64,000 bases of DNA from Heteronotia binoei (lineage: Eukaryota). Each line of letters opens with the position of its first letter. Position 1 is the first letter of the stretch. The position numbers were made by a program, and so were the translations under genes. The stretch covers positions 55,366,001-55,430,000 of the forward strand of contig NC_083235.1 of assembly GCF_032191835.1 (NCBI RefSeq). Direction: 5' to 3'. Positions 38,776 through 50,953 of the stretch are shown piece after piece. The notes under the pieces were generated by a model. The model did no database searches and was not told the origin of the DNA. It saw only the letters and a program-made list of their open reading frames with translations.

Positions 38776-41000
38776 ATTCAGTGCCAAATTCACCTGCGTG
38801 CTGCCTTACCTCCCAAACAAGTTACTTCTCCAGATATCTGAGTAGTCGACAATTCTGTATGTGTGGTAGGGAACAGAGGCCAACTCATTGGCAACATTAA
38901 TGGCAACTGACGATGTCATTATTCAGCTGGAGCAACAAACGGAGGATGACTGACATTTTGTCAGGAGGGAACTTTGGTGACTCAGCCATGATTGATGGGC
39001 TGAGTGTATCAACAGGCCATTTCCAATTCACTCCTTGCAGTCAACGGCTGCCCAAGAGAAGAGTAATTCATTCCCCTCTGCCCTCATCCCCCACCCCCAA
39101 ACAATCTGCTGTTTCCCTTCCAGCATTAGAAAATATCCAATTGACTCCTGGCATAGATGCCTACAAATTGTTCCAAGTCCAGAGACCCCTCCATCTGGCC
39201 GAAGTGAGATGGGGAAGATGCTGATTCAAACCAGGTTTGCTCACAGACCTTTCGACAATGGGGCCACTTAGGAGCACATTTTGGGACAGTGCTGCCACCC
39301 CTGTATCCTAGGCAGAGACCTGTACATCTCACTCAGGCACAGCTGCTCTGAATTCAGGTCCTGGAACAGTACAGTAGATGTGCTGTGGCTCTCAAAGTTG
39401 GCTCTCATTATGGAACAAGAAGATAAAGAGCTGCACCAATCACAGGAGATTTTTTTTTTTAAAGGCTGATGGTGCAAAATCATGCAAAATATATTTTATT
39501 TCTCAGTTAAATTTCCAAAAATTGGGTGCTGGACAGGCTTATCTTATCTCTGTTCTTTGCAAGGAGTTTCTCTGCCTCGTGCAATCTCAAGGACAGAATA
39601 AACTCCAGTGGTTTTGTAGGGGACTGATAATTTGGGACCTAGATTTTAACTTTTAATACAATATCGTAGTTATACAATTTTAACTATACTTATATAAAAT
39701 ATGTTCATATAAACTCAGTGTTATTATATATTCTAGATCCCCCTGACAAAGTCTGTTGGCAAAATGCATAGGGATTTTTTTGGAAATTTAACTGAGTAAT
39801 AAAGTATATTTTTACATGATTTTGCATGGCCTTATTTATTATCTCATTATGGAAAACAGGAGAACTCCATTATGAACAGCAGAAAAGATCTTTAGTCAGG
39901 ATTGGCAAGAAATGGATGGTGGGACCAGTCGGGTCTTGTGGTTCGTTTCCCATTGTGGGTGTGGGAAATCCCAGCCAAAAATATCCCTGCCTTTCCTGGA
40001 TTCAGAGTTGTGTTCTTGAGCCAGAAATGTAGGAAGCTGCCTTCTAGATAACCTCCCAGACTGCCCCCCCCCCATTATTTTGACCATCAGTCCTTATACC
40101 TGTCTTAAGGCTGCAGTTAAAATGCTGGACTTAAAACTTGGGAATGCCAGATTCAGATCCTTGCACAGCTGTTCAGTTCAACAGATAGCCTCAGGCAAGC
40201 CATCATCTCTTAGAATAATCTACCTCACCAATTTGTTATGAAGATAATACTGGATACAGTCCACCTATAGTGACCTGCACCCCTTTGAACGGAGGCGGAA
40301 TAAACACAAACATTATACCATCTATCTACCGCAGTCTCAAGCTCTCGTGTCATTCAGTCTAACCTAATGATACTCTATAGACTGCAGAGGATCACATGCA
40401 CCGTTGCCATCAAAAGAGTAGGGTTGCTAGATCCCTGCTGGCCACTGGTGGGGGATGGTCGAGTAGGTTTGCCAGATCCAGGTTGAGAAACTACTGGAGA
40501 TTTGGAGACAGAACCTGGGAAGGACAGAGACTTCAGTGGGGTATAATGTCACAAAGTCTACCCTCCAAAGCATCCATTTTCTCCAGAGGAACTGATCTCT
40601 GTAGTCTGAAGATGAGCTGTAATTCTGAGGGATCCTCACGTCCTACCTGGAGGCTGACACTCCTACATTTACTTATGCCCTTAGCATGAAGCCTGCAAAG
40701 GAGGCTTGCAGATTTTTGTTCCTCCAGAAACAGCTGTTTCAGGGCAGGGACCAATTGTCAACCACAGTCCACACTGGGAAAGGGCCTTGTCTGCTTTCAT
40801 GAAACACTGGGTATGTGCCATATTGGGGAATGGTGCTCAGAATAGCCACAAATGACATGTCAAAGACCCACTAAGTGAGCATCATTAGTCTAATTCCCCC
40901 TTAACAGACACATAACTCCCTCTTCCTTTCCCTTTTCTTCATCCAAGTCTCTAACTACCAAATTATTATTTTAGCTGGCCTTATTTTACATGGGCCACTT

Positions 41001-41270
41001 CTGTGTAGTGGTTAAGAGCAGCGGACTAATCTAGAGAACCAGGTTTGATTCCCCACTTCTCCACATGCAGCTGCTGGGTGACCTTAGGTCAGTCACAGTT
41101 CTCTCAGAGGTGTTCTTTCAAGAGCAGTTCTCTCAGTCCCACCTACCTTGCAAGGTGTCTGTTGTGTGGAGAGGAAGGGAAGGAGATTATAAACTGCTCT
41201 GAGATTCCAAGTGAAGAATGTGGTATAAATTCAAACTTCTTTTTCTTCCTCTTCCTCCTTCTCCTCTTGG
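41001..41270 (+). mobile_element. Squam3 SINE
   Basis: gtgtagtggttaagagc...ggtttgattcccc head and CT-rich tail. Confidence 0.9.
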
Positions 41271-41317
41271 TCCTCCCACCTCCATTCCAATTCATTCATG
41301 ATTTGCCACAGGCTCTG

Positions 41318-44300
41318 GGACTTCCAGGGGAGGAAAATGCCGAGCTGAGCTGCTTTTCATAACAGGAGCAGGCTGGAACTTCTGTTCGGGGTAGTGGAAG
41401 GCAAATTAATGCCTACTGCCTACTTTTCTCAGTTAGAGATTAGTCCAAGATATGCACAGAAAACTTTGAGGAGATTTACCTTGGCTAAAAGGGAGTCCCG
41501 GGGGGGGGGGGGCTCCTTTGAGGGGTCTCCGGAGAACAGTTGCATTTTCATCATCTGCAGAAGTTCTCAGAGTCATTTATTTGACATAAGCTCGACAGAA
41601 TCCTAACCTTCTTGGACATTGCTAAACATCTAAAGCTGCAGAAGACCGGTGTGGATCTGGTTAATTGGCAGAAAAGGTACAGATTACTATCTTTCATTCT
41701 GGGACTATTTACAGTTAAACAGAATAAATTCAGAAGGTGGGAAATGGAAATCTAGAAAGCTTGGAAGAAGGGAGGAAGAGGTGAAATTTGGACTTTGTAA
41801 ATTTAAAGGACAGAGCTAAAAAGTGGAAAGGAATTTATTGTTTCGTCTACTTGCGGTTTTGAAAAAAGAGCACCATCATCACAGACCTGCAGCATAGACA
41901 ATCAACACAGGAAGTACGTCAAGTATCGTGAGATCTCTTTAACAGTGAAAACGAGATTTGGTGGCAAGCAAAGCAGGAAGTAGCTTTCAAAAAGCCTACT
42001 CTAGGATTATAATACCATTGAGAAACATCGGCAGCCATTGCAAGGAAGTCAAAATTAAAATATTTTTAGTTAGGGTTGCCAAGTCCAATTAAAGAAAAAT
42101 CTGGGGACTTTGGGGGTGGAGCCAGGAGACATTGGGGGTGGAGCCAAGAACAAGGATGTGACAAGCATAATTGAACTCCAAGGGAGTTCTTGCCATCACA
42201 TTTAAAGAGACAGCACACCTTTTAAAATGCCTTTCTTCCATAGGAAATAATTAAGGATAGGGGCACCATATTTTGGGGCTCATAGAATTGGACCCTCTGG
42301 TCCAATTGTTTTGAAACTTGGGAGGTATTTTGGGGAGAGGCACTAGATGCTATACTAAAAATTTGGTGCCTCTACCTCAAAAAATAGCCCCCCCCCAGAG
42401 CCCCCAATACCCACGGATCAATTTCCTATTATTCCCTATGGGAATCGTTCTCCATAGGGAATAATAGAGTGCCTAGTAGACATTTCCCTCCCCCCCCACG
42501 CTTTCTAAAGGGGGGGAGGGCCTCCAAACTAGGGAATCCCCTGCCCCCTCCCTCTCACACACACACACACACTTACCAGATCTTCCTCCGGACAACTCTA
42601 CTTCCTGTGAAAACGAAAGCAAAAGAAAGGGAGGGACCGTTCTCAGAAGCCCTTTCTGCTTCCTGCTTCCTGCCCAGCCTTAAAGGGGCAGACATTTTGC
42701 AAATGGCTCAGGAGCTCTACAACATGAAGCCTAAAGGTATGTTCTCCCCCCCTCCACCCCCCACCCCCGCTTCCAGAGTTTTGAAGAGCGGGAGATGAGG
42801 CTGCGAACCCAGAAGTCTCCTGCCAGAGCGGGAGGTTTGGGAAGCCTATTTTTAGTGTTTGGGACATTAAAAACTGTTGGAAATAATTGAGATGATAAGA
42901 GGATAAATACTATTGGACATATTGTTTATAATGGACTTTAGAAGCCTTTAAAAGGAAAAAAAAATTAGAGAGAAGCAAAAAGTCGTGACTGCCATTTTGA
43001 AGGATTTAAAAACTTTTAAAATTAATATTTCGGTCTGGGAAGCTCTGAGGACGGCGAAATTAGGCTTGTTGTAAAAAGCAAGCTCTAATCATTTGAACTT
43101 GATAGTCAAATTTCTAATTGGTGGGATCAAAATTTTCAGTGTTTTTAAATGTCAGAACACAAGCAAACCTGTACAAGGGCTGCTTCACTGGAGAAAATGC
43201 AGGATCTATTAGAGGCAATGGAGGCCAGAATGATGAAAGGCGTGAGAGACATGATAACTGCATCAAAAAAAAAGAAAAAGAAATTATAGATGAGATTAAA
43301 AAAGATATGGAAGATCTCAGAAAGGAGACAGAGAAAACATCTAAAAAAGTGCAGGAGGTAGAAGGGAGAATGAAAGTACATGACTCCACCTTGTTGAAAA
43401 TACAAGAAAAAGTGACAATCCATGACTGCAAACTGATGGAGACTCAGATACATCTGAGAGGAGTACCTGAAAAGAAAGATGGTGACTTGAAAGAATATAT
43501 AATAACAAATAATTGCAGAATTTTTGGAGGAAGATCCTGAAGAGACTAAATATGTATGATTATATGTATAGAGTGAACTCACTCTATGCCAAGAAAAATA
43601 ATTTATCAAGAGATGTTGTCATAAGATATATGACAAAAGAAATGGTGGGAAAGATCATGAACAAAAACTTTGAAAAGACATTGATAGTGGGAGGCAGCAG
43701 AGTAAGAATTATGAAAAAATAGAAATTGAAGCAGCAATTAATGCAATGAAAAATGGAAAGGCACCTGGGCCAGATGGATATACAGCTAAATATTTTAAAA
43801 CCTTTAAAGATGAGTTAATACCAAAATTGCAGAAGTTGATGAACATGATAAGAATGAAAGCGAAAATACCAAACACATGGAAGGAAGCTGTTATTTCGTT
43901 GATACCAAAGGAAGATAGAGATGTCACGAATGTTAAAAATTACAGACCAATTTCGCTATTAAACAAAGACTATAAAATATATACAAGAATCTTGGCAGAA
44001 CGGCTTAAACAACATTTGATAAATTTTATAAAGGAAGATCAAGTGGGGTTTCTTTCCAAAAGGCAAATAAGAGACAATATTAGAACTGTTGTAAATATTG
44101 TAGAATATTATGAAAGACATCCAGAAAAGGAAGTAGCATTATTCTTTGCGGATGCAGAGAAAGCTTTTGACAATTTAAACTGGGACTTTATGTTTGCAGT
44201 AATGGAGAAAATGGAGTTGGGAGAAAGCTTTATAAGAATGATAAAAGCAATATACACTGAACAACGTGCAAAGCTATGTATAAATGCAGATCTTACAAAA

Positions 44301-46351
44301 GATATGATAATTAGCAAAGGTACAAGACAAGGTTGTCCACTTTCCCCATTGTTGTTTATAATGACTCTTGAAATATTGCTGATGCAGATCCAAGTAGATA
44401 AAGAAATAGAAGAATTAAAAATAAAAGGATTTACTTACAAATACAGAGCATTTGCAGATGTTATAATGTTTATAAATGAAAACCCCATACAAGTCACACC
44501 TTTGTTGTTAACTAAAATACAAGAATATGGGGAGTTGGCGAGATTTTGTATTAATAAAGAAAAATCAAAACTTCTATGCAAAAATAAATAAGCAACAAGA
44601 ATTGCAGAGACTAACGGGCAGTGAAGTTACCTCCAAGGTAAAGTACTTGGGTGTGGAGATAACAATGAAGAATACTGATCTGTTTAAAAATAATTATGAG
44701 AGGCTTTGGCGTAAAATGGATGAAAATATGTTAAAATGGAATAAACTTAATTTGTCATTGCTGGGTAGAATAGCTGCAATTAAAATGAATATTCTACCAA
44801 GAATAATGTATTTGTTTCAAACTATTCCCATTGTGAAAGATAGTAAACAATTTCATAAATGGCGAAGAAAAATTTCAGAATTTGTGTGGGCTGGGAAGAA
44901 ACCAAGGATCAAAATGAAAATTTTGACAGATGCAAAAGAGAGAGGTGGATTTCAACTACCGAATTTAAAATTATATCAGGAAGCAGTTTGTTTAGTGTGG
45001 ATAAAAGAATGGATACCTCTGTTAAACAAAAAACTCTTAGTGCTGGAAGGTCACGGAAATAAATTCGGCTGGCACACGTATTTGTATTATGGAAAAAGGA
45101 TGGACAATTTTTTCTCTCACCATTATATAAGAAATAATTTGCTAAATACATGTATGAAATATAAGAAATATGGAGATGAGAGAAGACCATGGATAGTGCC
45201 AACTGAAGTAATAAAAATAATGGCTGAAATAGGTGAAGAAAAGTGGTTGTCATATAATCAATTATTAAAAATACAAAGTGTCAAAATAGAATTGAAAACT
45301 GCTGAAGAGCTGAATAATAAATATGATTGGTTCCAAATGCAACAAATAAAGAGCTTGGTGGAAAATTATATTAAAACTGAAGGAATAAGAAAAGAGCAAA
45401 CAGAAATGGAAAAAGTTCTGCTTGGAGACAATGAAAAATTAATTTCAAAAATATATAAATTACTTTTAAAATAGTCTACGGAGGATGAAGTAGTGAAATC
45501 TCAAATGATTAAATGGGCAATTAATGTAAATAAAGAAATACAGATGGAAACTTGGGAATATTTGTGGAAGAATTCTATGAAGCTTTCGACGTGTCATAGT
45601 ACCATACCATACCAAACCTTTACGTGTCATAGTATTAAAGAGAACTGTTTTAAAATGATGTATAGATGGTACATGACTCCTAAAAAATTGGCAAAGATGA
45701 ACAATAAGATGCCAGATAGATGTTGGAAGTGTAAAAAACATGAAGGTTCTTTCTACCATATTTGGTGGACTTGTGAAAGAGCAAAAAAGTATTGGCAGAT
45801 GATTCAGCAAGAAATTTCTAAGATCTTGGGATATGAATTTAAGAAAGTTGCAGAGACTTTTCTGTTGGGATTACAAATGGAAAAATTTCCAAAAGAAGAT
45901 AGAACTGTAATTTGGTACTTGCTTTCAGCTGCTAGGACATTATATGCACAGTTGTGGAAGCAAGAAAAAATACCAGAGAAATGGGATTGGATTATAAAAG
46001 TTATGACATGGAGTGAAATGGACAAATTAACAAGAATATTAAGAGACTATGATTTAGAAATTTTTAAGACGGAGTGGGAAAAGTTTAGAAGATATGTAGA
46101 AAAAGAATGGAAAATAAAAAAGGACATTGGACAATTTTTGATGATGATTAAGTTTTAGAAAGAAGAAGAATATAAAATTTTGCTTTAATAGTTAAGGGTA
46201 CCTTTAAATATTAGCATTTTAAGTAAATAACACGGGCGGGGGTCAAGTAACGGGGGGAGGGATGGGTAGAAAGTAATATATGGGATAGATAAAAGAAGTT
46301 ATTAAAGATGTAAGAAATAGATTTATGTTACCAATAAAATTGTTTTAAACG
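41318..46351 (+). mobile_element. L1-clade LINE, 5'-complete, internally deleted (ORF1 C-terminus and APE endonuclease missing)
   Basis: 20-bp TSD atgatttgccacaggctctg (41298-41317, 46352-46371). ORF1 coiled-coil plus IHLRGVPE. ORF2 KAPGPDG, NYRPISLLN, DAEKAFD, GTRQGCPLSPLLF and CWKC..GSFYHIWWTC. AATAAA at ~46333. Confidence 0.95.
42071..42848. mobile_element. hAT Blackjack-like MITE (long variant) inserted in the L1 5' UTR
   Basis: TIRs tagggttgccaa / ttgggaagccta; perfect TSD TTTTTAGT; opposite orientation to 33254. Confidence 0.92.
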
Positions 46352-46554
46352 ATGATTTGCCACAGGCTCTGTTCTTCCATTTGACCACTGGGAATTCCAT
46401 TCCATTCCATTTCCCTTTCTCAGGCTGCAACCCATGCATTTCCTGCACAGGGACAGCCGCCACACAGTCCTTTCTCATGACAATTCATTATCTCCAGCTG
46501 CTGATCCATGCCTTTCAAATCAATTTACCAAACCCAAGAACTACATGGCTTTCA

Positions 46555-46750
46555 TCTGGATAGCTCTGGATAGCTCGATCTTGGAAGCTAAGCATGGTCA
46601 GCCCTGCTTCGTATTTAGATGGGAGACCTCCAAGGAATACAAGGGTCGCTACTCAAAGGCAGGCGATGGCAAACCACTTCTGAATGTCTCTTGCCTTGAA
46701 AGCCCCACGAAAGGTGGCCAGAAGCTGGCAACGACTTGATGGCAAGCAAA
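46555..46750 (+). mobile_element. 5S rRNA-headed SINE (5S-Sauria-like)
   Basis: gatcttggaagctaagcatggtcagccctg...gatgggagacctccaaggaatac followed by atggcaaaccac. Confidence 0.85.
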
Positions 46751-47461
46751 CACACAAACTATAAAGCTACAGGAATCTCTCTCTCTCTCTTGCATTTCCT
46801 ACACTCCTATTAAGGTTCATGAGGCATCTTACAACAGGAAAAAAACAACAAGCCCATAAATAATAAAATAAAACCAGCAGCAAGGAAAAAGAAATCTAAT
46901 CACATTAGCAGCAAAGAACTGCAGTATAAAATCAGCTATTGTGTTAAACACATTCATGTAATAAATACCCATATCTGTAAAAACAGAAAGAGCAATAAAT
47001 ATTAACACAATAAGTAGTTGCAGAATTTTTACAAAAGACCAGAATGCAGTGTATAGCATATAAATCTGATAAGGAGTATAAAACAAATGTCTTCACCTGT
47101 CATCTAAAATTTGATGAGCTTGGAGCTAGGTAACTCTGTTGAGAAAGCCCACTCTTTACACACACACACACCCATCTTACATCAGAAAGGGATGCTGTGC
47201 AACTCAGAGCCTCAGAAGAAGATTTCAACTGCTAGTGAGATTGCCAACCTCCAGTTGTGGCCTGTATTTCTCTTGGAATTACAACTGTTCTACAGTTTAC
47301 AGAGATCAAGTCTCATGGAGGAAATGGCAGCTTCAAAGAGGCAAACTCCATGGTATTTCATAGATTCTAGGTGAAATCCCTCCCCAAATTTCCCCTTCTG
47401 CAGGTACTGCTCCCAAATTGTCAAGGTTGCTGTTGGAAACTAACTGTTAGGCAAGTTCAAC

Positions 47462-47718
47462 AGAAGAAGAAGAAGAATGGATTTCTACTGCACCCTTCAC
47501 TATCTGAAGGAGCCTCAGAGCAGCTTACAGTCTCCTTTGCCTTCCCCTCCCCACAACAGTCACCCTATGAAGTAGGTGGAACTGAGAGATCTTGAGCAGA
47601 ACAACTCTGAGCCAATTATGCTGACCCAAGGTCACTCCAGCAGTTGCAAATGGAGCAGTGGGGAATCAAACTTGGTTCTCCAGATTAGAGCCCACCACAC
47701 TTAACCACTACACCAAAC
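47462..47718 (-). mobile_element. Squam3 SINE
   Basis: (AGA)n tail at 47462; head ...cttaaccactacaccaaac. Confidence 0.9.
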
Positions 47719-48245
47719 TAGGGTTGCCAATCCCCAGGTGGGTGCAGAGTATCCTCTGGTTTGGAGGCCCTCTCCCTGCTTCAGGGTCATCAGAAAGTGG
47801 GGGTGGGGGAGGAAAATGTCTGCTAGGCACTCCATTATTCCCTGTGGAGACCAATTCCCATAGGATAAACTGGAGAATTAACCCACCAGTATCAAGTGGT
47901 CTGGGGGTCTGTTTTTTGAGGTAGAGGTACCACATTTGTAGCATACTATCCAGTGCCTCTCTCCAAAATACCCACCAAGTTTCAAAAAGATTGGACCAGG
48001 GGGTACAATTCTATGAGTCCCAAAAGAAGGTGCTCCTATCCTTCATTATTTCCAATGGGGGAAGGCATTTAAAAGATGTGCGGTCCCTTTAAATGTGATG
48101 GCCAGAACTCCCTTTGGAGTTCAATTATACTTGTCACAATCTTGCTCTTGGCTGTAACCCAATGTCTCCTGGCTCCACCTCCAAAGTCTCCTAGCTCCAC
48201 CCCCAAATTCCCGAGATATTTCTTGAATTGGACTTGGCAACCCTA
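47719..48245. mobile_element. hAT Blackjack-like MITE inserted at the 5' end of the SINE
   Basis: TIRs tagggttgccaa / ttggcaacccta; perfect TSD CACCAAAC, which is SINE head sequence. Confidence 0.92.
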
Positions 48246-50113
48246 CACCAAACTTAAGGAGTAGATGATATGTCACTTTAAAATTGAAAAGCAGCTTGGA
48301 AATGAAGAAAGTAATTTCCAACAATGGTGAAATTATCATCCTTAATGTCCAGCAGTCTTGAGTAAGCATATTCAATCAGTTGGAAGATTCTGACCCACCT
48401 TCAAAGTCAGGCTCATGTAGAGCACATTGCAATATCTAACCAGGATGTGATCAGAGTGTGGATAACTGTGGCAGAGAGCTCATTTTACAAAGGTCATCTT
48501 GAAACCCTTTTCTTGAGGCAAGACTCCTTCACTTTCCCAAAATATCAATGCACAGCATGCTCAAAACTGCCAGGGTTGAGGTATAGAAATGTGCAGTTCA
48601 CAGTAAAGGACTGCTGTAGTTAGTTCCACTGCTGACCACCAGCTTCTATAGCTCAGCAGATACAATACTCCTTTCATTAATGCCTCTACATACAGTGAAC
48701 TGGAGTTCAGTTCCAGGCAAGAGATACTTTCTACACAGTTGAAGGTGCTTCCCAAGGTCAGGTGCTTGAACTAGGTTTTTATTAGCACTGGCAAAGTGTG
48801 ACTGGTTTAAAACCACTTGGAGGCAACACTCCTCCTTCCCAACTCATTGGATATTTTATTTGTTTAGCTCCTTATTTATTGTGTTCCTTATTCTGACCTA
48901 ATCCTGTGCATGTTAGTGCAATGTGTGCATACTTGGCGGAGGAATACTATGCTTTCCCCTAGAGGACAGGGATAGAATTGCTGTCATACAAACAAGCTTC
49001 CTCCTGGGATTAGTAAAGTGTGCTATTTATGCTTGTGTACTCAAAACCTATTTGAAATTGTAGATAGTCCAGAATGCCCAGCTACTGGTTGGTAATAGCT
49101 TCAGGGAGTATCTTATGTTCTAATAGTGAAGTCAGAATATCTTTGGATACTCAAATCCAGTGACTGGAGCTGTGAACAGGCAAGACATATTTCTACAAAC
49201 CTGAAAAGGGTCCTAGGCTTGCAGAAAAATGTGAAATATATATAAAAAAATGCTGGCTAAATTTCAAAAATCCAAAAAATGATAAAAGGAGTGCATGTAG
49301 CTTTAAGTAACTGATTCTGTCAGTGGCTGTTGCTAGGCAACCACAGCATTTCAAGCTTGGCTCTGTCAGTAAAAGCAGGGGGAGGGGAAAAGGTGCTTTG
49401 CAGCCCTAATTGGGGGGTCAGGCCTGGCTAGGGTTGCCAGCTTCAGGTTAGGATGTTCCTGGAGATTTTGGGGAACAGAAATCTGTCATCTGAAGTTTAG
49501 CTGTAATTCTAGGAGATCTCCAGGTAGCCCTAGGCCTGGCAGCAGCATCTGAGTGACTTGATACTACCTGACTTGCATATCTCAACTAGGGCTGGCTGCT
49601 TGCTGCTGTTCAACACCAGCCACCCCATGACAGACAGTGTGGTACAGCAGTTAAGAGTTTCAGAGTAGACCCAAGTTTGAATCCCCACCTTGCTGCAGAA
49701 GCTCAGTGTGTGATTTTGGACCAGTTACATACATACAGTATAATCAAACTCACAAAGTTGTTGTGCCAATAAAAAGGAGAGGAGAATAATGTAAGATGCT
49801 TTTGTTCCCACCATAGAGAAGGTGGGGTATATCACTGAAGATGAGAGGCAAATAAAAGGTAGGTTAGTGAACAGGTGAGAATGAGAGACTGAGGCAGAGG
49901 AAGGGCAGAGGATATGGGGGTTATAAGGGAGAGGGAAAGAGTAAATAGGTACTCCCCAACACAGCTTTCCCTACCATGCAAGTGAATTTGGTTCAGTGGC
50001 TGGCACCACACAACTGGGCCACAGTTTTCCTAGGTAGAGGCTGCTGAGAGCGGGTGTGAAGCTCAACACAAAGAGCCAGATAAATGTAGGTTGGCCATTG
50101 GGTGGGAAGGAGA

Positions 50114-50441
50114 TAGGGTTGCCAACTCCAGGTTAGGAAATTCATTGAGATTTGAGGAGCCTGGGGAGGGTGGAGTTCGAGGAGGGGTGGAATGTCAGAA
50201 AGATATGTCATAGACTCCAGCCTCTATAGCAGTTCCTCTGGAGGAAATGGCTGCTTTGGAGGATGGACTATATAACATTATATGCTGTCAGGTTCCTTTC
50301 CTCCCAAACTTTGGTATCCCAAGCCTCCACCCGCAAATCTCCATGATTTCCCAACTGGGAGCTGGCAATCCAAAGGGGAACTGATCTCTGTAGCTGTGAG
50401 ATCCATTGTGATTCCAAGAGATCTTCAAGTCTGCAATCCTA
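50114..50441. mobile_element. hAT MITE containing an opposite-orientation fragment of the same family
   Basis: Perfect TSD GAAGGAGA; TIRs tagggttgcca / ctgcaatccta. Confidence 0.8.
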
Positions 50442-50827
50442 GAAGGAGAGGAAACAGAAAACAAGGACAGGATAGGGAGGCTTTCAGGCAAGCAGAAGAG
50501 GAAATAGTGGAGGAGGGGATATGAGATCTCTCTCTCAAGTGTTTGTGGGTTTCCACTTGTATTGTACTAATTCTGAAAAATGCTCTCATTGTTTCAGTTG
50601 CCTTCTGGACAACCTGCTGGTATTGACCTTTAAGGCTGTAAATTAGTTGAGCTAGGAGAGCCTTCTTCCATATGAATCTACTGGTGTGCTCACTGAGATC
50701 ATCATGGGTGGGTGGCCTATGTTATCTGATGTCAGACTTGAAGATTTGAGAAACAGGGACTCGTCAATGGTATAGCTTTCCATTTAAGATCATCCTTCCC
50801 AAAAAAACTGTTAGATTCCCTCTACTG

Positions 50828-50953
50828 CAGGGGTGGCCAACGGTAGCTCTCCAGACGTTTTTTTGTCTACAACTCCCATCAGCATGGCCAATGGCTGGGG
50901 CTAATGAGAGTTGTAGGCAAAAACATCTGGAGAGCTACCGTTGGCCACCCCTG
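50828..50953. mobile_element. 126-bp palindromic Charlie/Buster-type MITE
   Basis: Same family as 26050; perfect TSD CTCTACTG. Confidence 0.92.

Noticed and set aside
4010-46750. 5S rRNA or tRNA genes at 4010, 38185, 46555 and the SINE heads
   Set aside because: Partial, diverged and fused to retroposon bodies; they are SINE heads, not genes.
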